A model generated the notes under the pieces. That model did no database searches, was not told the DNA's origin, and was given only the letters and a program-made list of their open reading frames with translations. The position numbers were made by a program, and so were the translations under genes. DNA of 64,000 nucleotides, taken from Ramazzottius varieornatus. Taxonomy: Eukaryota; Animalia; Tardigrada. Shown here piece by piece: positions 11,241 to 23,279 of this stretch. The DNA lies in the NCBI GenBank assembly GCA_001949185.1, contig BDGG01000006.1, forward strand, positions 1,098,827 to 1,162,826, in the 5' to 3' direction. Positions within the stretch are counted from its first letter, which is position 1, and every line of letters starts with the position of its first letter.

Positions 11241-13824
11241 TCGCTAACGTCCTTCTGTGGACAGGAACCATGCGTGCAGGGTGGTTCTTTGTTATCGGTC
11301 TAAGCTTTGCACGAGCCACGTCAAGGCTCCTGCGGAGTTTGGCATGTCGCTTCGGCGTACGAAGTCACCGCCGTCCCCGGGACTTCATATCGGCAGTTGA
11401 ATGCCAGTTCCAGCTTGGTGCCAGCTTCGATTGTTTTCAATGATTACCATCTTTCAACATGGCCGTTCATCCGTGGTAGTCCAGTTTTCCACGTCGCAGT
11501 TAGGCATGCAGCAGAACTTGATCGAGTTCCATGCGATGGGCATCAACACCGACTCTACCACCCGAAAATTCCATGATATATCCGCCCTGCCGCTCATGAA
11601 CGTCCCGGCTTTCAAGCCTGGGGACTCTCGGGATGACGTCTCCTCGATGTTCGACTAACTTAAAATAAAAACTAATTCCACAGGAATTTCTTCTTTTTCT
11701 CCGCTTGATCAACTCTTTCATCCTTTTGACCTTTTTGGAGGCGTTCCAGGTTGAGGCAGGGCGACGGACAAGGTACCGACCAAACCCTCAGTTTACTGCC
11801 GTGGTTAGTCCAGGCTTTTCTGCCGTCCATCTCGTCTTCCGGTATCGTCCACAGGGCGAAGGACGCAGTGAACGACCAATTTGGTATGCCATTGTATGGT
11901 GAAAGTCGTATCATACATATCCATCTCTTGATGATCGATTTCTGTTCTGGAAAGTAACGATTGGCAGAGCTGTCGGTCTTTAAACGTGAGGGACAGTTTG
12001 ACCTGTGTCGTGCTGCAAAGGTTTTCTACAAAGGGCAAAATGCCCAAGAATATCGGCTCAAGATATAGGGCAGTCGCCTCCGTAGAACTCCCGATGAACA
12101 CCTCGATACAAAGTTTTACGTCCGGTAGCGAGGAATATTTATTTAGACGTCAATCTAAATTGATAGAATAAAAGGACTCGGCAAACTCGGTCAAGCTGTA
12201 ATTTCCCTACACCAACTCACACGTCAGTATCCCCCCCGCACTTCCTGTCGGTCAAATGTCCAGTAACCTCGCACCACAAAGCTTCCTGCACTCCAATAAA
12301 TTAGGCAAAGGCCTCACCTGTACTTCACACCGCTAGCTACCTGTAAATCTTACGACTTACCTCGCTTCGGTCTACAGATAGGAAGAAGTCCTCGAAGATC
12401 CGACGTTAGTCCCTTTTGAAGAGGCTACTGGCCGAATCCTGGATACCTTATCCTACTGTCCGCGGGTGCAGTGCTACCTGATTAGTTGAAGGTCGCCGAA
12501 GGTCCTTGGAGGCACTTAGCCTTGTTAGAGAGGAAAGACAGATGAAACCGTTGAGAAAAACGGGAGGGAACTTAATTCCGCACGAACTCCCACCAAAACT
12601 GAAGACTCCGTCTCTCGGCCAAGACGGCCAACAGCTTCCCCTCACTTCTTCCGCCACCAAACTCTGTGCGAGACGGAAGTACGTACAACACCTAAGCTCA
12701 AGAGCTATCACCAATGAAACCACATGGCTCCTCCCGAAAGAAAGGCATTCGATCTTCGCCCACGAAGGCGTTTAGATGTACTGTAAAGTCGAATTTAAAT
12801 TCCCAACCAAATCTCCTCAACAGTCGAATGTCTCCGGCTGCAGGATTATGCAGGAAGTATGGCCGGGCGGTAACTGCCCGCATTTCGGTACATCGCCGTC
12901 AAAGAAATCCGTTCCGGTCGGCGATTGATCCAGTGAGATCAGCCATGTTTTATCGTGAATAAACACAGTGGCAGCACAATGAAGAAACGCCCTGATACGT
13001 TACTCATGCGCCGTTGGCGAAACCTGTTATCTTGAACACGAGCGCTGTATTGAGTCGCCGACTGGTATTTTGTTCAACAAACGATAAGTAAAACTTTGGA
13101 TCCCTTTGCACTTGCTTCCGTCAGGGACAAGTCAGATTGGCAGGGTTGGCTTCTTGTGTTCATAACCGGACTGCAGATTTAGGGCACGATTCGCAATGTG
13201 CTCTTTCATCGCTACCCGGTGTTCGTACAGTAGAGCAAACTTTTGTGTAACGCACTCTCCTGTTCCGAGATACCTGTCTAGTTCTCTTGATCCTGAGCTC
13301 TATTGTTGATCTTCTGTATTACACGGGTAGGTTTTCACGTATGCATTTCCGATGGAACATTTTAATTCTACGTTTTAATATCACTGTCTAAACGTTCCGA
13401 ATTGAAAGTTTTCTCGTTCGATGATTCCATATCACGACCGGAGAACCTTCCGTTCGGAAACTACGGACGAGAACAACTTCACAACCCAACAACTTCAGGA
13501 GTAACTTGTGTGTACACTTGAAAAACGTAACGTGGAACCGACCTTATCGACTTGCTTTACTGCATGCGATTATGCTCAATTTCGAATTTCTAGTTTCAAA
13601 ATGCAACGACGGACACAATTGCTAGGAGATAGGGTAACTACAAAAGGCTGTGAATACGCGCCAGAGAGCACAGTTAGCACAAAGCGTGAGACAGTCGAGT
13701 TTTGTTGTACCTCTGTATGCTGGTTCTCTTAGAGGCGCCACTGTCGTTTGCTCTAGCAGCTACGCTGAAGTCGCCTTGTTCACCACGCACGTATTGGAAG
13801 GGAATTGCCTGTACCGTTCGCTAT

Positions 13825-14052
13825 AATGGCCGACGCGTCAGCAATCAGAAAGTCATTATAATGTTCACAAAAAGGATGAAAGGGAGATATTACGGGTAAA
13901 GCTTACCGCATTACGGAAGATGGCTTATCGGCTCAATGACAGAATCCATTTTCTGTCTCCTTTGTACAAAGGACAACTGTCTGTCGCTTTTGCATATTTG
14001 TCTCTTGCGTCACCTGCAGGCTAAGTGCCAGACATGCTTCTTTGCGCCGTAC
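13825..14052 (+). repeat. Non-coding block X, direct copy at 22721-22953
   Basis: GAAAGGGAGATATTACGGGTAAAGCTT...GCCAGACATGCTTCTT (~165 bp) is identical in both copies; edges diverged. Confidence 0.9.
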
Positions 14053-16035
14053 TGACACCCAACTTCACGAGATCAACGCATTAAGACGAAAACTAACCTA
14101 ATCAAGGAATTCACATATGCAAAGATGGTCGAGAAACAGAGGCTCTCCGTGAACGAATTCCATAGTGCATACTTGACTCACTATGCGGAAGCGCCATAAC
14201 ACCGAAAACCACATCTCTGGAATGTGAATAGACAGGTTACGGGCCGATGAGCGCAGGCAGAGACGAGCCAGGTTAATCAGAAAATAAAACTCATTGTGGA
14301 CAATGTCGATGAAATTTACTCAAAGAACGGCCATCGCTTTTGATTAGCCTCGAGCGTCGCATTCGCGGTTATAACCTCAGATATCAATAATAGGTTAAGC
14401 CTATCTTTTCGAGACCTTCTGCTCTTTTCATTACAATGTCAGGTCTGCGCTTTGTCACACTCCAAAACCAAGACAGACGTCTCATAAAATACCATTTGTA
14501 CCGCGCTCATACAAATTCGTCCATCTGAATTAAGTAATTCTCGCTGTGCATTTTTAGAGGAAAATCTCTGGACCATGAATAATCAATGGAATTTTAAATC
14601 CAGGTGTAATTAACCTTTCAGACAAGGCTCGATTGACGGGACATACAGAAGCGTAGCCAGAAACGCGTGACGGCAGTTAGCGGCCACCGTCCAGCTTGAC
14701 AACGCTAAGCGTGTCTTTGCTGTACATTCGGTGGTGTCGAAGCGTGACTAGCTGCTCATTTTACAAAGAAGATACACTGGNNNNNNNNNNNNNNNNNNNN
14801 NNNNNNNNNNNNNNNNNNNNNNNNNNNNNNCTCTGTTGGGGATGAATGCGAAGTTTGTACAGGATAATGGCGCTATTTTCAGCCCTTGCTTATCCCGTCA
14901 CACGTCACGATATTCAACTGATTGTGTAACAAGTCCAAGCATAAATATTAGATTTACATGGACCCTTATTCATCAGGACGACACCACCAATTTCCATACT
15001 TTCCACCTCCAGCAGACAACTTCACGAGCAGCGCAGTCCAAAAGTACGCCCTTATTACTGTAGAACAGACCTCGTGAATTGTTCTTTAGGTGCATCGCGT
15101 TTTTGATATCTGGTCGGCAGTACAAACTAAAATTACCGGCAGTTGTGCAGGTACATTGACCCGATGTGTCCAACCCTTACCGGCCAATTTGGTCTGTTTG
15201 TTTTATAAAGAAAATGTTATTTGTGATAGCGGGAAAACCAATTGAGTTTCGATTGTATTGCTTCTCGACTGAAACAATGGCCTAATAAGGAGAGGAAACA
15301 AATCAGAAAGGCAATTCGTGTTTGGATTTGACACTATTGAAGTGACTGGACATATACCCCAACAACCTCGTAAAGCCAAACCGATTGAGAGATAGGCAAA
15401 TATTCGACAGGCAAAAATCCCCCTCTGATTAACAAAGACATAATTACCGGCCTGACAAGCCGCCATCCGACATACCGGCTGCCAACCTTCAGGCCACTCT
15501 AACGACCGATAACAGAGCTTCGATAACCACACTGTCCATTGACTGCAATATTTTCGTCCGTAACTTTAAAACACTTAGTTTTTAGGTTTTTAAACCTTCC
15601 TGCGGTTCGTGATAAATGTCTTTGAGCAGTACCAACCAACTTATTGTTCTCTGCTTCTCAATCTGCTTTGCGTTCTCCTGCTTTTGAATGAACAAAGCCG
15701 ATTACGCAGTAAAGTAGTATCACACATGAAAGAGCACCCAGGCTGTACGCGAATTCCGCTTTCGCGCATTGTTCACTGTCCTGCTGGCTTAACACGGGCT
15801 AGCTTTGGCGTCCACGGTTTGTGGAATTATTAATGGAATTCGTGCGCTTGGCCTGCTCGCCGTAGATAGCCTGCTGAGCCTCCCGCCAGCGTCATTCCCG
15901 AAAGGGCGTCAGAGCTTGGGAAGACGAGGTGGGCGTTCCCCCTTTTCTGCTGTCAAACTGAAAGCAGCCCAAGCTGCAAGCTCCACCCGCTCCCCTCTCC
16001 CTTTTTACAGGTTGCGGCACGCTTGCCAAATTGGC

Positions 16036-16070
16036 TATAAAAGCAAAGCGCGCGATGCTTGCCACGCGAC
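16036..16070 (+). promoter_or_regulatory. TATA box and class-C (CACGCG) bHLH-repressor-type site of neurogenin copy 1
   Basis: GGCTATAAAAGC...GCCACGCGACCACTTCAAC ~190 bp upstream of the ATG; conserved in the otherwise diverged promoter of copy 2 (27226-27285, minus). Confidence 0.6.
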
Positions 16071-16226
16071 CACTTCAACTTGACGAATAAATCCGACGCT
16101 CGAAGCCCATTTCCTTGTCGTTCGCATCGGATCTTTTCTGCCACCATTGTCTTGTGATTGGACTATCTCAGGCATTTCGTCTCTTGATCTCCTTATTTTT
16201 CTGCGGAGTACGATATTTAACACAGG

Positions 16227-16949
16227 ATGGCCGAATTTTCAAGTCAGGTACGCTCCGCGGAATCAAGCCCGTCGCATTTTGCCAAGGCTACCACGCCCAT
16301 GTCACCAACCGAACTTCCCTCCAAAGCACCGACGATTAAAAAGACCAAGCGTTACAGTCGTCCACGCGTTCGATGTCGCAGTCCTACGGTTATCCAGCGT
16401 CTGAAGAAGACTCGTCGCGTCAAAGCCAACGATCGCGAGCGGAACCGAATGCACAGCCTGAACCACGCTCTGGAAAAGTTACGGGTTGTCCTGCCCGCGT
16501 CGTCCTTCCCGGAAGAGTCCACCAAGCTGACCAAGATCGAGACGCTACGCTTCGCCTACAACTACATTTGGGTGTTGACGGAGACCCTGAAGATGAACGG
16601 TAAGATGCAAGAGTACGAAGCGGCCGGACTGCCCAACCCACTGCCCACCCACCACAACCTGGCCAGTGGACACTTTACGGACGCCGAAGTCAAGAACGAG
16701 AGCCACCTTGTGGATTATTCCAGCTGGATAGCTAGTCCGGACAACACAACAGCGTCCTCAGTGTCGGGCTTCGAGTCCAACTCGGACGAGAGCTTCATGA
16801 ATCTGGATGGATCCTTTGGCTGTGCGGACCAGCTCGGCGCATTTCCGATGGATATGAACCAGCCCTTTTTTCAGCCGAGTAACCTTTTTTGCGATGAGAA
16901 TAATGTGCCTTCCTTTCAGCCGTACATCAGTGCGCCTTTCCCCATGTGA
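16227..16949 (+). CDS. ngn: Neurogenin/tap-family proneural bHLH transcription factor, copy 1 (single exon, 240 aa)
   Basis: [40 protein letters not shown]...[23 protein letters not shown] is a neurogenin-type basic region and HLH. Confidence 0.93.
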   Translation: MAEFSSQVRSAESSPSHFAKATTPMSPTELPSKAPTIKKTKRYSRPRVRCRSPTVIQRLKKTRRVKANDRERNRMHSLNHALEKLRVVLPASSFPEESTKLTKIETLRFAYNYIWVLTETLKMNGKMQEYEAAGLPNPLPTHHNLASGHFTDAEVKNESHLVDYSSWIASPDNTTASSVSGFESNSDESFMNLDGSFGCADQLGAFPMDMNQPFFQPSNLFCDENNVPSFQPYISAPFPM

Positions 16950-19900
16950 GAACTTCATAATTTACTTTCTGTAGCATGATCGCAGTTTTGCCTTGTTTCA
17001 AATAACCCGTCCAGCAACCCGCACTTGTGCGGCTATGAGGCAGCAAATGTGTTCAGAGCTTTTGCACATTGTTACTGGCTCCATGTAAAATCATTCGTAC
17101 GGACTAAAGTGTACAAAGTATACGGTAGCAAATATTCCCATTTGTAACACTCACAGCCCAACTTAGACCCGTCTTTCGCATTGCAAATCAATTCCGAAGC
17201 GCGTCAGTTTTCTGACTAGAGGCGGAACACTGGTGAGGGAATGAATAGGAAATCTTTCTAACCCACTGATCTCGCGCGTGGCCGGTGAAGTATCCCTGAA
17301 TACAGACCGGGGAACAATAGGCCCGCTCGCCATGTGGTCGCCGCCATCTTGATACAGTACAGGCTTCGCCACATCTCAATACAAAATTTTATCAAAACCA
17401 ATGCTTTTATAACTTTCTATTCGGCAGTTCCATCTATCGTTGGCTGGTGCACAACCTGTTACATTTCCACTCCGCCACCTGTGCCTCAATCTATCCCTCT
17501 GGACTTCCTCTTTCCTCCCTTTTAGTCAACTCTAATCTGGACGCAGTAAAATCAACGCTACAAAGTCTGGCTAATAACCACAGACCGCGTCCAAAGTCAC
17601 CTGCCGAACCATCCAGCAAATCCAACGTTCAATTCCGCCATTTAGATTTGATTCCTGTTTATGCTTTCCCTCTTGTTCTCTCCCACATTTTCCTGCGGAA
17701 TGTGGCGCGGGCTTATCAGGTAATCTAACACCCGTCAATCGTGACGGACCATGTCCATTCACCAGTAATCAAAAGCGAGACCGAAGACGCAAGTGACACC
17801 GACTGCATTCAGCAGGTCGACGAAGCTTCTTATCAGATTCCCCAATAAATCTCATTGGCTTTTAATTGTTGTTAATTGACTTCCGGCATTTCGGTGGTGC
17901 ACGTCATTTAGAGACAAAAAATCCCTAGGACCCGTGATAGTGATCGTCGTAAATGGGCTTATGTACTCTACTTTATTGAATGAGGCAATTAGTGGCAGAC
18001 AAGCAATAAATCTTACTCTGTCGGACCAAAGCTTCGAATTATCCACCAGACCCCGTGCACAAAAATCAAAACTGACACTGGGTTCGGCAGCTGGACATTC
18101 GGGGTAGATTCGGCCTCCAATGTATCATCATTCAGTAAACCGCTGACAGCGGCTTGGGCCTTCATCTGCTGAACGAACGGCGGACTACGAGAAGTTGATT
18201 ATTGTTCTTGAAATGGGGTGATCAAACCGTGATGCAAGAAGAGAAACAAGAATGACACGCTGTAGCATTACATGGGGGGATAGCTTAATTAAAGAGAAGA
18301 AAATGACGCTCGCGTCTTGTGTCAGAATAACAAGCTGCACGCGAATGACAAAATAATCACTGCTGTGGACGGAATATTACATTTTGAACCTGTCGACTGG
18401 TTAATTTAGTAAAATATGAGCACTTCCCCGAGGAGCGTCTGCTGTAATGTGCAGTGTGTCTAAATGCTGCCCCTTTGGTTTTCGTCGATGTTGGGTACAT
18501 GGCTGCGAATTTATCGTGTATTGTACATGCCACAAACTAGACCCTTTCTGAACTTTGCTTCTGAGGGAAGAGCTCATGGTTTTTGCCCCAAAATAACGGC
18601 AGACAGAAAGACTAGGCTTGAAGATTGATGAGTACAAACAATAGTGAAAAAGCCGAAGCGGAGTTGAACTGTGTGGTATTTCTTCCATTCGAGTGATTAC
18701 AGTGTCTCAATCAGCGGAGACACAGAAAATGAAGTGCAGTTTAATTTTATGCACTGATCAGGGTAGCAATTAGTGCTGAGCCGCCCTCATTAACCTCAAT
18801 AACCTCTCCTGGAATAAATGGAGATAGGCAATGGACGACGGCCGGCGCTACACTGAACTCGTCCTCTTATGATTGTCGCACCGTGTCTTGAAGCTTTTTG
18901 ACGATTGCTCAGGCGAGTGAAAATCATTTCATCACAGATTAATGACAGAGAATGGAAAGTGTGCATATGATTAACAATGCAAACTGGGCCTTGTTCCTCT
19001 ATTGCCCACCTGCTCCATACTCGGCACACGGGTATATATGGCCTTAAAGTATCTTTGGTGTCCTTGTGTTGGGCACTGCTTATATCTCGGCCGTCATGCG
19101 ATTGCGTTGATTGCAAATACGAAGGACTCAAAGGCAGTCGGCCGATCGAAGTGTGCCTTCCATCCAGCAAAATCAACATTCACTTCATCCAGCCCTAAAA
19201 CCATAAACTTTGATCCATGGCTCTCATGCAATCGTCATCACTGCAATCGACGACTTGAAGCATACCCGTGCCTGGCTTCTTCCTGCGAAAGGTCTGACTA
19301 AGCCTGCATTTCGTCATGTTCTCCTCTTATGATTTTCCGAAGCTTTTTTCTCTGGAAAGACCGCATCGAATACTTTTCACCATTGTTTCGAAGTATCTTC
19401 TTAGCGCATTGACTCTTGTCCTGTGGTGGCCGACCATTGTCCGTCTGCGGCATTATTGCTGGCTAATCTGAGCGTGTTATCTCCCGCCTGGTCAAAACAT
19501 GACGCAACTGGCGATTCCCCTCTGCAGTGTAATGCCACCAACAGGGAAGCGCGCCGCTCTTTTGTTTGCTCTGCCTCTTGAACCAGACAAGGACCATCTT
19601 CTCCTTTCGCTCCTTACGCAATGTAATGGATTGCTTCACTGGTCCGGAATTACCCATTTCAACGCAATGATAATTACGGCTGCGGACAAAAGAGCTACCT
19701 TTCACTTGCGAGCCTCGAGTTGTGTATCAAGTAGACGACGACAGACGGTGCTTGTTACAAGGTGTTTCATTTCGCTCGTCTGTCCTCCGTAACTTCCTTC
19801 AATCAGCTCAAGTGGACAATGGTCAGCGCTGTCCTGAAGAAACCTCTTTGCGGCAAGACAGAAGACGGTTTCCAAGGATACTCTCCTCCCAGTTTACCTC

Positions 19901-20279
19901 GACTCTTCATTCCAAAATGAATCGGCTTACAAGCTGGTTGTTAAACAAGACATAACAATCATTGCCGTCAACGCTCTATTTATCCGTTTGTAGTCCTCCA
20001 ATCAGTCTACGTCAACCGAAGCAAAGCATTTCATTCGAACAGCTATAAACGAAAGAATTCACTCAGAGGCGAGCAAACATTCGTGAAATCCAATCCAGTT
20101 TTCCGCGGAAATTAAGCAGGATAACCGAACAACGACATATATCCTCGTGAAACTCCGCTGTACTATCAATATCAAATTGACATGATGTGTTACAAAAAGC
20201 ACTGAAAAAGCTTGCATGAAGTCACAGGCAAACTGCCAAATTCAGAAGCGCGACTTACGTAGTTGCTGATACTGAATTT

Positions 20280-20440
20280 CCAAATTTTCAGCCCATTAAG
20301 CAGCGCTTTGACAGTGAAGAACTCCAGCCGTCAAGTGGACACAAGCCGAAGGGCATTATCAAACCATTAGCCGTCTATGCAAATACAAAATGGGCAATGC
20401 ATGACTGCAATTTCAAAATGGTACTTCATATTCGTCAACT
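20280..20440 (+). repeat. Non-coding block Y, direct copy at 29600-29765
   Basis: GCCCATTAAGCAG.GCTTTGACAGT...AAACCATTAGCCGTCT.TGCAAATACAAAATGGGCAATGCATG.CTGCAAT.TCAAAATGGT is shared; moderately diverged. Confidence 0.85.
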
Positions 20441-22720
20441 GACACCAAAATCAGTGAAAAGAGCGTGATTGCGACGTCCGAGCTTCTACGTAGCCTGAAC
20501 TCGAGAAAGAACCGCCGAAGGGCTTCTGAGATTTCGTTCGCTTCCAGACTGTCGGCTTCCGAAGCGGCGCCAACGTCGCTGTTGTGCTGACGATGCGCTC
20601 TCCGTCACCCGGTAACACAACGAACACAACAGGGGAAATATCGAAACGATCCCTGCGCAACCCGATTAGACCACTCGACGCCAGCATTGAAAGTACTTTT
20701 CTTGGTCATATCCGTTATTCACCCTGCCTTTTTCCATCATTTTGTGTGTTGAACGCTGGGATGTACTTTAATATTCACGGCCTTCAGCCATGTTGCTTCT
20801 TCCTCGTGGCCCATGGGTTTTTGCACTTGCGTTCAAACCCGCTACCATATCTTGAAATCTCATACCTCGGCTTGCAATAATGGTTGGTATTAAATGGTTA
20901 TCAGCCTCATTTGTGAAGTTAAGGAAAAGCTATTCGCAAGCTGCTAATAAGCGATTGCACAATGTTGAAAGTGCATCCCTTCCGGGGCATAGCTTACAGT
21001 TCACCAAACCAATCAAAACATTGCACCGGAAGGGATGCACTTTCAACACTGTAGTATTGCAACGAAACCGCATTCACTCCATTCCAGTGATGGCTTTTCG
21101 GACGGTCTCCTGCGCAGCGACCGATCTTTCTTGTGGGATTACCGCAAATCGGTCCCCAACCATCAGCCGTGTGATGCCTTGTTTTTCAAGTACCGATTGA
21201 AACTGTCGGCCTGGGGATGCCCAGACAGAAGTGATCGTGCCATTTTTATCCATATTATAACTTTCTTGCAAAGACTTTACTGCGGTCTCAAGTCAATAAA
21301 AAACTACTCCGGCCCGTTGTCGCTCATCTTTTGCTCATTTTGAGTCTATATCGCACCCCATTCGCAGTAAGATGCGCAATAACTACATATGACTCAAAGA
21401 GAGATACCGCGCCGAAGAGATTGCATCACGCGCAGAGCATCTTGCGGGAAGTTTAGCACCTCGTAAGCTTATGGGAAAAAGGATGAGTCTCTGTGCAAAG
21501 TTACCAAATAATTTTTGTTTCTAACGCTTTTTCCCGCCAGAGTTTTGTAATTGAGGGGGGGGGGAGTTCAGAGCTTGGCATGTCCAATCAGACTATCGAC
21601 GCGCCTCCACTAAAGTCGCGCTGATAACCCTGTCTTGATATGGCTGTAAAATCATACGCACCGTCAGTTTGAAGGCTTTTCCCATCTCAAAACCTGAGAT
21701 TTCTGTTTTAAGGACAAACGCCGACACTGTGTTGCGACCTAAGTAAATATGTAGGCTGATACTCACAATTTCTAAACTTTGAACCAGACATGATACTCGA
21801 TTTTGGACACTAAATTACTCTTCCGAAGGGGAATTCGCGCAGTCGAGGATTGTCATTACGAGGGGCGAAATTCCTTTTTCGGAAACGGTGGTCAGAACGT
21901 CGACCTGCAGCCTGGTGAGCTCTGTGATTACTTTGCTGCTAAATGACACCCAGGTTTATGGAAATCTTAGCTTTTAATGGATAACTGTCGCCAGCAGTTT
22001 GTTGCTGGGAAACAAACCAAACTTCCTGTTGGTTTACTCTAGCTCGATCGAAACTTGAATCATCACTCGATTCACGCTTTCCAGCTGTCTCCCATCCAAA
22101 GCTGTAGTCCCCACAGACAATGCGAAAAACTGAGATAAATGATGGAAAATTGACATGAAAAAGAGTCCGCAAAGACGATTATATACAGTGGCTCCTTGAG
22201 CGGTGTCTTCTTCTGGTACGGTTCAGCAGTGTCTTATAGTATAACGTCTCAGAAGCGGAGTTGGGTTGCGGACCAAACTATGCACAGCTTTCGTAAGAGT
22301 GGAATGATCCAGAAATTAATTTCATTTAAATCTCCAACACCCGCGACCGCCTCTCGCGAGAATACCCGCTCCAGCATCCAGCACGAGACTGCATATCGTG
22401 AGCCTGTTGCTGCTCACCTCCGCTGGCCGCGCCTGGTGAATTTATCCGGCTTGATCAGGCATCTTTTGAAAATGAGCCGCTCGGAAGAATGTCTCACATT
22501 ACGCAATTACTGTCCACTTTGTTCTTTGTTTCATCACAAGTTAACGAAGCTAGTATACAACCGCTGTGAAATTTATATCGAGTCTTCTTCTCACATCGGT
22601 TTGAACTTGGTCCTTGCAGGCGAAGAAGTTTCGAAAATTTCGATGTCGATCACTGATTTCTTAGCGCCGAAGAATGGAACTACTGTGGTTTTCTCGGACG
22701 GACAATGATGCAAGGCTCCG

Positions 22721-22953
22721 TAATGGCTGACGCGTCAGCAATCAGCAAGTCATTATAATGTCAACGGAATGGGTGAAAGGGAGATATTACGGGTAAAGCT
22801 TACCGCATTACGGAAGATGGCTTATCGGCTCAATGACAGAATCCATTTTCTGTCTCCTTTGTACAAAGGACAACTGTCTGTCGCTTTTGCATATTTGTCT
22901 CTTGCGTCACCTGCAGGCTAAGTGCCAGACATGCTTCTTCACGCCTTACTGAC
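22721..22953 (+). repeat. Non-coding block X', direct copy of 13825-14052
   Basis: See block X. Confidence 0.9.
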
Positions 22954-23279
22954 GTCGAACTTCGCGGGACTCACGGACCGACTCGAGGGTCCTTACAGGC
23001 TTCACACAGACAGTTGTACCTAAACTGCCACCGAGGACATCAAGTGTAGACCCGGATAAACCATCTACATATTCAACTGCAAGCCTCCTCACAAAAACAT
23101 GTTAGGTGCGTACTCCTTTACTGCACACCTAAATCAGAATGTTGATCGGATTTCAGGTTTGTTTGCACTACCGGCATTCAATGGATTATTTTCATTGTGA
23201 CTGCTTGATGAAATATTTTCCTTTACTCAGTTGTTCCGACCAAGGAATTCAAAACAGGAGGAACGAGTCAATACAACAG

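Larger units (their letters stand above)
14215..19965 (+). repeat. Left arm of inverted segmental duplication (partner 23280-29355)
   Basis: Reverse-complement matches throughout. Mirrored ORFs with identical or near-identical translations in the ORF track, e.g. 14973-15173/28274-28474, 19463-19705/23536-23778, 19499-19792/23449-23742. Confidence 0.95.

Noticed and set aside
16352-16641. Overlapping and antisense ORFs conserved in both neurogenin copies
   Set aside because: By-products of nucleotide identity of the CDS block; no independent coding evidence.
14836-19955. Duplicated short ORFs in the identical non-coding islands (e.g. 15203-15532, 19499-19792)
   Set aside because: No motifs, mostly non-ATG starts, and similarity stops at island edges regardless of frame.
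22196-22708. 170-aa ORF in the palindrome spacer
   Set aside because: TTG start, no recognisable domain or splice context.
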